A stretch of 20,849 nt of DNA from Armatimonadota bacterium (GTDB lineage Bacteria > Sysuimicrobiota > Sysuimicrobiia > Sysuimicrobiales > Humicultoraceae). The stretch lies in the NCBI GenBank assembly GCA_052386995.1, contig JBQTJP010000281.1:1-20849 (forward strand). The letters run 5' to 3'. Positions 7,559 to 15,019 of the stretch are shown piece by piece (the stretch's first letter is position 1; the number at the start of each line of letters is the position of its first letter). The notes under the pieces were generated by a model that did not search any database, was not told the origin of the DNA, and worked only from the letters and a program-made list of their open reading frames with translations. Position numbers and translations under genes: made by a program.

Positions 7559-8527
7559 TCACACGTTGGACGGGGATCGACTGACGGTGAGCAGATCGAT
7601 GATCTCCCGGCCGTTCTGCGCCCCCTGGCCGCGGGCGTGGTTGTTGAACATGAGGTACAGCGAGCCGACCTGGCTCGCGAGCTCACGCACCCTGCCCGAC
7701 CACTCCTGCAGTTCCTGCGGCGAGTACAGGTAGTCGTAGACGCGCTCTGTCGGCGCGCGGCGCTCAAGCATGGCGGCATTGCGGCCGTGGAAGCGGATCA
7801 CCGACCAGTCCGCCGTCACCTCGACCTCGGGGGGCGGGAGATACTGCGCCTGCACCATGTCGGGAATGACGTACGCCAGCCTGTGCTCGCGGAGGAATCC
7901 CAGGAAGGTCTCCCGGTTCTTTCGGTACAACCAGTCGGCGTGCCGGATCTCAACCGCGACCGGCCAGGCGCGCAGGTACGGGGCCCAGGCCTCGAGGTAG
8001 GTCAGCAGATCGCGCGAAAACCCCTGCGCCTTGGGAAACTGGAAGAGGACGTATCCCAGGCGACCGGCGCGCGCGAAGACGTCCACGAACGCTCCGAAAT
8101 GATCCCAGGCGGCGGTCAGAGCCTCCTCGGGGACCCGATCGCCCCTGACCGGGCCGCCCGCGCGCGTCTTTTCGGGCAGCAGCGCGGCGATGTCCGCCGG
8201 CAGCCTCCGGGGATCGCTCTCGTGGCGGGTCAGCCAGGCGAACGCCTTCACGTTGAACAGAAACGAGGGCGCGGTCCAGGCGAGCCACTGCGAAGCTCGA
8301 TCCACGGGCTGGAGGGCGTGATACGAGGCATCGACTTCGACGGTGGGAAACACGCTGGCATAGTGCTTCAATCGGGCCTCGGCGTTGGTCTTGGCCCCGC
8401 GCGGGTAGAAGTCGCTCTTCACCATGCTGGGATCGGCCCACGAGCACGTGCCCACGAAGACCTGGCACGTCCCGAGCCGAATGGGAGCCGTGCCGGATTG
8501 CGCCTGCTGATCAGAGAACAGAGACAC
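7559..8527 (-). CDS. DUF72 (YecE/YunF-like) TIM-barrel protein
   Basis: VGTCSW, FYP, YASVFPTVEVDASYH, FLFNVKA, LGYVLFQFP, AVEIRH..W, IRFHGRN, YDYLYS..EL..W, YLMFNNH. Confidence 0.92.
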   Translation of the reverse strand: MSLFSDQQAQSGTAPIRLGTCQVFVGTCSWADPSMVKSDFYPRGAKTNAEARLKHYASVFPTVEVDASYHALQPVDRASQWLAWTAPSFLFNVKAFAWLTRHESDPRRLPADIAALLPEKTRAGGPVRGDRVPEEALTAAWDHFGAFVDVFARAGRLGYVLFQFPKAQGFSRDLLTYLEAWAPYLRAWPVAVEIRHADWLYRKNRETFLGFLREHRLAYVIPDMVQAQYLPPPEVEVTADWSVIRFHGRNAAMLERRAPTERVYDYLYSPQELQEWSGRVRELASQVGSLYLMFNNHARGQGAQNGREIIDLLTVSRSPSNV

Positions 8528-8576
8528 GCCCGACCCTTCGCGCGCCGGAAGTGAATCCCTCCGCGCGTAGTGGGCT

Positions 8577-8606
8577 TTGACAGTGCCTTTGCGCGGCGCC
8601 TATAAT
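8577..8606 (+). promoter_or_regulatory. Consensus sigma70-type promoter for the secD operon
   Basis: Exact TTGACA (8577-8582), 18-bp spacer, exact TATAAT (8601-8606), 55 nt upstream of secD. Confidence 0.85.
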
Positions 8607-8661
8607 GTTTTGGGCCTCGCCCTCTTTTTTTGCGTCTTCGGGCTGACGAGCAGAAGGGATA

Positions 8662-10050
8662 GTGCCGTTGCGTTCGCGTCTTGGGTTCCGGCTGTTGCTC
8701 ATTCTCGTCGTTGCGGCGGCGGCGATCCAGGTGGCCTTCCGGCCGGTGGTCTTCGTCGGCCGCTTTCCGACCCTTCACGCGCCGGCGCTGCACATGAACC
8801 TCGGCCTGGACCTTCAGGGCGGGAGCCTCCTGGTCCTCGAGGGTCAGGATACCCCGACCGTGAAAGCGACACCTGAGGCGGTCGATGCGGCGATGAGTGT
8901 CATCCAGCGGCGCATCGATCAGCTGGGTGTGACGGAGCCGACGATCCAGCGTCAGGGCACGAATCGGATCATCGTTGAACTGCCGGGGATCGACGATCCC
9001 GATCGGGCAATCCGGCTGATCGGCAAGACGGCGCTGCTCGAATTCGTCGATACGGGGGCGCAATCGTTCCCCGAGGGGGCGACGTGGAGCGCGGACGGCA
9101 AGACTGTGACGCTCCCCCTGTCAGGGGCACCGGCTCCTGCTCAGCCCTCGCCGGCCAGAGCCATACAGCTCACCAAGAAAGTGATCGTCACCGGCGCGGA
9201 TCTGCAGGATGCGCGGGCGACCTTCGACCAGCAGACCGGGCAGCCGGTCGTGAGTTTCCAGTTTCGAGGGCAGGGCGCGAAGAAGTTTGAAGATCACACC
9301 GGCGCGAGCATCGGCAAGTATCTGACGATCGTGCTCGACAACGAGGTTATCTCCTCGCCGGTCATTCAGGCGCGAATCACCGGGGGTCAGGGGCAGATCA
9401 GCGGCAGGTTCACCCTGGAGGAAGCCCGTGATCTCGCGGTTCTTCTGCGCGGCGGGTCGCTGCCGATCCCGATGCAGGTCGTCGAGCACCGGACGGTGGG
9501 GCCGCAATTGGGCCGAGACTCCATTGATGCCAGCCTTCGGGCATCGTGGGTGGCGTTCACGGGCGTGGCCCTGTTCATGCTGCTCTTTTACGGCCTTCCG
9601 GGTGTGCTGGCTGTTCTGGCCCTGTCGCTCTACCTGGTGCTGACGCTGGCCGCGCTCACCTTGGTAAACGCTACGCTGACCCTGCCCGGCATCACCGGAC
9701 TGCTGCTCTCCATCGGTCTCGCCGTCGATGCCAACGTCATCATCTTCGAGAAAATGAAGGAAGAGCTACGCATGGGGAAGAGCCTGCGGGTGGCCACGGA
9801 CGCGGGCTGGTTCCGGGCCATGAGCGCGATCGTCGACTCGAATGTCACGGCCGTGATCGCGGCGGTCATCCTCTTCTTCATGGGGAGCGGGCCGATCCGT
9901 GGGTTTGCCGTCACGCTCAGCATCGGCGTCATGATCAGCATGTTCACGGCGATCACGGTCACGCGTGCCTTTGTGGACGGCGCCGCTGCGATCGGTCTGG
10001 GGCGACAGCTGGTGCGCGTCGCGCGCGTTGCAGGCGGGGTCCGGGCGTGA
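8662..10050 (+). CDS. secD: Protein translocase subunit SecD
   Basis: NLGLDLQGG, RRIDQLGVTEPTIQRQG..RIIVELPG, IVLDNEVISSP, LRGGSLP, TVGPQLG, TLTLPGITG...IGLAVDANVIIFE, DSNVT, GPIRGFAVTL. Start is GTG 8662 or TTG 8668. Confidence 0.97.
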   Translation: MPLRSRLGFRLLLILVVAAAAIQVAFRPVVFVGRFPTLHAPALHMNLGLDLQGGSLLVLEGQDTPTVKATPEAVDAAMSVIQRRIDQLGVTEPTIQRQGTNRIIVELPGIDDPDRAIRLIGKTALLEFVDTGAQSFPEGATWSADGKTVTLPLSGAPAPAQPSPARAIQLTKKVIVTGADLQDARATFDQQTGQPVVSFQFRGQGAKKFEDHTGASIGKYLTIVLDNEVISSPVIQARITGGQGQISGRFTLEEARDLAVLLRGGSLPIPMQVVEHRTVGPQLGRDSIDASLRASWVAFTGVALFMLLFYGLPGVLAVLALSLYLVLTLAALTLVNATLTLPGITGLLLSIGLAVDANVIIFEKMKEELRMGKSLRVATDAGWFRAMSAIVDSNVTAVIAAVILFFMGSGPIRGFAVTLSIGVMISMFTAITVTRAFVDGAAAIGLGRQLVRVARVAGGVRA

Positions 10051-11078
10051 CGCCGCTCTGGGACGTTATCCGCAGACGCCGGGTCGGCTACATCGTCTCT
10101 GTCCTTCTGGTCGTTCCCGCGGTATTCGCCGTGATCCAGAATGCCGCGGTAGGGCGCGGTGCCCTCAACTGGGGCATCGACTTCACTGGGGGGGCGTACT
10201 TCCAGTTCAGGCTGCAGCGCCCGGTGGCAGTGGCGGACATCCGAGTGGTCGTCGATCGCTTCACTTCCGGGCAGAGCATCATCCAGACCGCGGACCGTGA
10301 CGTCTTTGTTCGCACCCGGCCGCTCGAGCCCGACCGGAAGGCGGCACTCATGGCCGCCATGCGACAACGGTTCGGGGGCATCGAGGTCCTCCGCGAGGAC
10401 GAGGTGGGCCCGACGATCGGCCAGGAGTTGCGCAACACCGCGATCGCCGGGATCGTCATCGGACTGATTCTTCAGCTCATCTACATCAGCGTCCGCTTCC
10501 GTTCGGTCAGGTACGCACTCACGATGGATCTGGCGCTGCTTCACGACCTGCTGATCGTGATCGGGTTCTTTGCCGTGACGCGCAAAGAGGTGGACACCGC
10601 ATTCGTCGCGGTCCTCCTGACGGTCGTCGGGTATTCGATCAACGACAAGATCGTGCTGTTCGACCGCATCCGCGAGAATCTGGCGCAGCGCACTCGAGAG
10701 GCTTTCGACCGTCTGGTCAACCGCAGTCTCTTGGAGTCGCTCGTCCGATCGATCAACACGTCGGTCACCGTCGTGCTCGCGATCGCCGCAGTGTACTTCT
10801 TCGGCGGGGTGACCATCCGCGACTTCGCGCTCGGTCTGACGATCGGTGTGCTGGTCAGCATGTACTCCTCGGTCTTCATCGCCGGTGGGCTGCTGGTCGA
10901 CTGGAACCTCCGCACCGCGCGGCGTGCCGGTCGCGAGACGGCACCGGCCGCCGAAGGTGTGCGGGCGACCACATCGGCGCCGTCCGGTGACCGGTCCGTC
11001 CCATTACCGCCCGCCTCGGCCGCGGCGCGGAGCGGAGCGGCCGGCGGGAGTCGCCGCCGGCGCTCGCGCCGCCGGTAG
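10047..11078 (+). CDS. secF: Protein translocase subunit SecF
   Basis: LNWGIDFTGG, VGPTIGQEL, YISVRF, LLHD, LLTVVGYSINDKIVLFDRIREN, RSINTS, YSSVFIA; GTG start overlaps the secD stop (GTGA). Confidence 0.96.
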   Translation: MTPLWDVIRRRRVGYIVSVLLVVPAVFAVIQNAAVGRGALNWGIDFTGGAYFQFRLQRPVAVADIRVVVDRFTSGQSIIQTADRDVFVRTRPLEPDRKAALMAAMRQRFGGIEVLREDEVGPTIGQELRNTAIAGIVIGLILQLIYISVRFRSVRYALTMDLALLHDLLIVIGFFAVTRKEVDTAFVAVLLTVVGYSINDKIVLFDRIRENLAQRTREAFDRLVNRSLLESLVRSINTSVTVVLAIAAVYFFGGVTIRDFALGLTIGVLVSMYSSVFIAGGLLVDWNLRTARRAGRETAPAAEGVRATTSAPSGDRSVPLPPASAAARSGAAGGSRRRRSRRR

Positions 11079-11086
11079 GGCCGCCG

Positions 11087-11389
11087 ATGTCGGGCTTCAC
11101 CATCTTCGCGGTGCTCCTGCTGGTGCTCACCGCGGTTTTTGCGCTCTCTAATCCCGTGCCGGTGGCCGTGCGGTTCGTGGCCTGGGAGTATCAGACCTCG
11201 CTCGCCCTGGCGGTGATCGGCGGCGTCGTCCTCGGCGGCTTCCTGGTGTTCGTCAGCGGCATGGCGGGACAGGCGCACTTGCGCGCGCGCGTGCGCGAGC
11301 TGCAGGCCAGACTGCGCGAGGCCGAGACCAAACTCCCCGCCACAGGCGCCCGGCCACAGACGCCCGGCCGGATGGAGGAGCGTCCGTAG
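11087..11389 (+). CDS. LapA family (DUF1049) small membrane protein
   Basis: Two hydrophobic segments, FALSNPVPVAVRF..W...SLAL pattern and a C-terminal coiled coil (RARVRELQARLREAE); the position between secF and recJ is common for this family. Confidence 0.8.
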   Translation: MSGFTIFAVLLLVLTAVFALSNPVPVAVRFVAWEYQTSLALAVIGGVVLGGFLVFVSGMAGQAHLRARVRELQARLREAETKLPATGARPQTPGRMEERP

Positions 11390-11412
11390 CTTCACCATCG
11401 CTGCGCTGGCGC

Positions 11413-14400
11413 GTGGTGCCGCCCGATGAAGCGGGCCGGCGCCGGTTGAGCGAGACTCTGGGGATGACTCCGCTGGTCGCCCAAGCGCTGATCAACCGCG
11501 GATTAGGCGACCCCCTGGCCGCAGCGCCATTTCTGGCGCCCCGCCTCGATCGCTTGCACGATCCCTTCGCGCTGATCGATATGCCCAGGGCGGTGGAGCG
11601 GCTGGCCCGCGCCGTCCGCCTTCGGATGCCGATCGTCGTGTACGGCGATTATGATGCCGACGGCGTCACGGCGGCCGCGATCATGGTGCGTGGGCTGAGG
11701 CGTCTCGGCGCCGTCGTGGACGTCTACATCCCCGAGAGGCGGACGGAGGGCTACGGGCTTCACGCCGCGGCCGTCGAGCGTCTCGCGCAGCAGGGCGCGG
11801 CACTGGTGGTCGCCGTCGATTGCGGCGTCACCGCGTCGGCCGCCGGCGAGGCGGCGCGCGCCGGGGGGGTGGACCTCATCATCCTGGACCACCACGAGCC
11901 CATCGGGACGCTGCCTCACGCGGCCGCCATCGTCGATCCTAAACGGCAGGCGCCAGTCGTCGCGGACTACTGCGCGGCCGGGCTGGCCTACCAGACCTGC
12001 CAGGCCCTGTTTGCGACCCTCGGTGTCCCCGACCCTCCCGAGGAGCTCATCGCGCTCGCCGCCGTGGGCACTGTTGCCGACGCCGTTCGGCTGATCGGCG
12101 ACAACCGCATTCTGGTCGCCGCTGGGCTCGATCGGCTCGGGCGGCCGTCCATCGCCGGGCTTGACGCCCTGGCCGCTGTCGCGGCTGTGCGACCGCCGGT
12201 ACGTGCGCGGGACCTCTCGCACGGGCTGGCTCCGCGATTAAACGCGGCCGGCCGTCTCGCGCACGCATTCACGGCGCTCCGGCTGTTGACCACCGATGAT
12301 GCCGGTGAGGCTCAGCAACTCGCCGCCGAACTCGACCGGCTCAATCAAGAGCGTCGGGCGCTGTGTGATGCGGTGCTGGCTGATGCCATCGATGAGGTCG
12401 AGCGCGACGGACTCGATCGCGGCCCCGCGATCGTCCTCGCGCGGCCGGACTGGCATCCCGGGGTCATCGGGATCGTCGCCTCACAGCTCGTCGAACGCTA
12501 CCACCGTCCGGCGGTTCTGATCGCGCTCGACGGCGCGCTCGGCCGCGGCTCTGCCCGCAGCATCACACCGCTCAATCTCGTCGACGCCATCGGCGCCTGC
12601 GCGGTCGACCTGACCGCCTACGGCGGCCACGCCATGGCGGCGGGGCTCACGGTCGACGCGGACGCCGTGCCGAGGTTCACCGACGCCTTTGTTCGAGAAG
12701 TGGGATCGCGGCTGCGCCCGGAGGATCTGGAGCCGGCGGTCGCAGTAGACGCCGAAGTCGAGCTGCGCGAGCTCACCCCGCGCCTGGCCGGCGAACTGGA
12801 GCGCCTCGCACCGTTTGGCAACGGCAATCCCGAACCCGTTTTCCTGACCCGCCGTCTACGCGCGGTCGGGACGCGCCTGGTCGGCGACGGCGCGCATCTC
12901 CGGCTGCTCGTCAGCGATGGCGCACAGACGGCCGAGGTCATCGCCTTCCGCGGGGGCGACCGTGTCGAGCTGCTGGCGTTCACGCAGGCGCGCATCGATC
13001 TGGCCTACACTGTTGAGATCGATCGATGGCGCGAGGATGAGCGCGTGCAGCTCGTCGCGGCGGCCATGGATACGCCCGACGTCGATCTCGCGGCGGTCAC
13101 GTCGGATACCGGAGTGGTCCTGGATCGCCTCTTTGCGCGCGCCGATGACTACCTGGGCCCGCGCCTGCGCGACGTCGAGCAGGCCCCGGCGTTTCACACA
13201 AAGGTCGTCGGTGTGACGTTCGATGGCCGGCAGGAGATCCTGCCGATGGTGCCCGCGGGAGCCCGCCTTCAATTGGCACGTGACCCGAACAACACCCGCG
13301 ATCCCCACGCCATCAAGGTCATGCTCGATGATGGACGGCAGCTGGGCTTCCTGTCCGCGGTGCTTGCCGCGCGTCTGGCCCCGTCGATGGACGCCGGCGC
13401 CCGCTACGCCGCGACAGCCACGGTGCTCACCGGCGGCGGCGACCGCGCGTGGGGTCTGAATATCTACGTCGAACGAGAGTCGGGCTGGGGCGGCGATGAC
13501 CGCGCCGCTCCCCAGGGGCGGCGGGGAACCGCCGGCCCAGACATCGGCGAGCGGCTGATCGCGGGATTCTATCGCGGCCGGCCGCCTGGGCCGGTCATAC
13601 GCGGGGTCCTCAACGCCGCACGTGAGAATGTGAGAGCGGTCGCGGCCATCGGCCCAGGCCGCGGATTGCTGCCCGCGGTGGTCATGGCGGCGGCGGTTCG
13701 GCTCGCGGCGAGTGCCCGGCCGGCGGTTGTTGTCCTCCCGCGCGCGGCGACCGTGGATGCGTGGTTCGATCTTGCCGCGCCGTGGCTTCGGGACATCGGG
13801 ATCCGCGCGGCCGCGGCGCACGGCCTGCTGCCGTCGCGCGCGGCCGGGCGGCTTGCTGTCGCACTCGGCCGTGGGGCGATTGATCTGCTGTTCGCATCTA
13901 TTGAGTGGACCGATCGGCAGGCGCCGGCAGCCGGTGCCGTACTCGTCGTCCTTGACGCGCTGGCCGGCGATGACCTCAAACGGATGGCGGAGCGATTCGG
14001 GCAGACCGTCTGTCTGGTCGCGGGGTCCATGTCGCCGGCAGCGGCAAAGGTCGCGCAGGACACTCTCGGCCTCGGTCGTGTGATCGTCGATTCCCGCACG
14101 CGGGACCACCTGAGAATCGTGGACCGCCGCAACCGAGCCGGGGACGGCGGGGCCGATGTCACTGTACCGGACGGCGCCGCGGCCGGCTCACCCGCCCGCG
14201 AGCGGGCGCCCGGCGGGCGCGCGGGGGGCCGGCCGGAGAAGACACTCATCCTGACCGTGACACCCGAGGAGAGCGTCGCGGTGGCGCGCCGTCTTCGCGC
14301 CGAGCATTCGCAGGAAGATGCGCAGCTTGCATACTATCATGCGGGTCTGCCGGCATCGCTGCGCCGTGTGCTGGAAGACCTGTTTGCGGCGGGGCGGCTT

Positions 14401-14952
14401 ACCACACTGGTCGCCGGGAGTCACCTCGTCGATCCGGCCGTGCCGCCGGACGTGACGCATCTGGCCGTCTTGGGGCTGTGCCCGGAGCGGTTGCTCTTCG
14501 CCGAGAGCCTGGCGGCGGCGGGCGGCAACCGGAGAACGGCGGTGATCGAGCTGCGCTACGGGGCAGGCGCCGTCGCCGCGGCGCAGTCGGCGCTGGAGGC
14601 GCGATGCCCAGCGCGGGAGACGTTGGCGCGCTACTACCGCGCGCTCAAGGCCGCCAGCGGCGGCCGGCCGTGGACCTGGCCGGAGGGTCCACCGCCTGAC
14701 CTTCCAGAAGCGGCGGTCTCGCCCGAGGCGTCGTCGGCGGCCCTGGAACTGCTCATCGAGGCCGGGGCCGTCGGCCGCGAGCCCGCCGGAGGATCAGACG
14801 TACGCTATAGCCTGCATGAAGGTGGTCGGGTTGACCTCACGACATCGTTGCGCTATCGCGAGGGTGAGCGCGAGCGAGCCGCCTGGGTGGACCTCCGCGC
14901 CTGGGCGACGGGCCCCGCCGCCAGGATTCTGGCAGATCTGGCTGGGGCATAG
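11413..14952 (+). CDS. recJ: Single-stranded-DNA exonuclease RecJ fused to a HIRAN domain and a degenerate SF2 (RecQ-like) helicase module
   Basis: RecJ motifs intact: YGDYDADG, EGYGL, VDCG, LDHH, GTVAD, APRLNAAGR, WHPGVIGIVA, GSARS, GGHAMAAG, LAPFGNGNPEP. Followed by HIRAN (13192-13479) and helicase-like remnants (YYHAGL). The true start may be slightly upstream. Confidence 0.93.
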   Translation: MVPPDEAGRRRLSETLGMTPLVAQALINRGLGDPLAAAPFLAPRLDRLHDPFALIDMPRAVERLARAVRLRMPIVVYGDYDADGVTAAAIMVRGLRRLGAVVDVYIPERRTEGYGLHAAAVERLAQQGAALVVAVDCGVTASAAGEAARAGGVDLIILDHHEPIGTLPHAAAIVDPKRQAPVVADYCAAGLAYQTCQALFATLGVPDPPEELIALAAVGTVADAVRLIGDNRILVAAGLDRLGRPSIAGLDALAAVAAVRPPVRARDLSHGLAPRLNAAGRLAHAFTALRLLTTDDAGEAQQLAAELDRLNQERRALCDAVLADAIDEVERDGLDRGPAIVLARPDWHPGVIGIVASQLVERYHRPAVLIALDGALGRGSARSITPLNLVDAIGACAVDLTAYGGHAMAAGLTVDADAVPRFTDAFVREVGSRLRPEDLEPAVAVDAEVELRELTPRLAGELERLAPFGNGNPEPVFLTRRLRAVGTRLVGDGAHLRLLVSDGAQTAEVIAFRGGDRVELLAFTQARIDLAYTVEIDRWREDERVQLVAAAMDTPDVDLAAVTSDTGVVLDRLFARADDYLGPRLRDVEQAPAFHTKVVGVTFDGRQEILPMVPAGARLQLARDPNNTRDPHAIKVMLDDGRQLGFLSAVLAARLAPSMDAGARYAATATVLTGGGDRAWGLNIYVERESGWGGDDRAAPQGRRGTAGPDIGERLIAGFYRGRPPGPVIRGVLNAARENVRAVAAIGPGRGLLPAVVMAAAVRLAASARPAVVVLPRAATVDAWFDLAAPWLRDIGIRAAAAHGLLPSRAAGRLAVALGRGAIDLLFASIEWTDRQAPAAGAVLVVLDALAGDDLKRMAERFGQTVCLVAGSMSPAAAKVAQDTLGLGRVIVDSRTRDHLRIVDRRNRAGDGGADVTVPDGAAAGSPARERAPGGRAGGRPEKTLILTVTPEESVAVARRLRAEHSQEDAQLAYYHAGLPASLRRVLEDLFAAGRLTTLVAGSHLVDPAVPPDVTHLAVLGLCPERLLFAESLAAAGGNRRTAVIELRYGAGAVAAAQSALEARCPARETLARYYRALKAASGGRPWTWPEGPPPDLPEAAVSPEASSAALELLIEAGAVGREPAGGSDVRYSLHEGGRVDLTTSLRYREGERERAAWVDLRAWATGPAARILADLAGA
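13192..13479 (+). other. HIRAN domain within RecJ
   Basis: FHTKVVGVTFDGRQ...LQLARDPNNTRDPHAIKV....GRQLGFL...LAARLAP matches the HIRAN pattern (VxGxxF, LxREPxNxxDxxAIxV, GxxLGY/F). Confidence 0.85.
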
Positions 14953-15019
14953 AAAGAGCAGGGCCGGAGTACCCGGCCGCGAACTGTTGCAGGAATCGCT
15001 AGACGGGGTGAGATGCTCC

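Noticed and set aside
8528..8661. Arrest or leader peptide upstream of secDF (VemP/ApdA-like)
   Set aside because: The leader after the promoter is only about 50 nt and contains no suitable ORF.
9546..10046. N-terminal extension of the SecF ORF, or a SecDF fusion
   Set aside because: It overlaps secD in another frame; secD has its own stop and secF starts at the GTGA overlap.
10915..11078. Arg-rich, low-complexity SecF C-terminal tail
   Set aside because: Basic disordered tails are common in SecF of high-GC bacteria.
14962..14978. GGCCGG-AGTAC-CCGGCC hairpin between recJ and rel as a terminator
   Set aside because: No U tract on the plus strand, and short GC hairpins are common here.
14816..15019. 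N-terminal extension of Rel
   Set aside because: It overlaps the end of recJ and is not RSH-like; GTG 15020 has an RBS.
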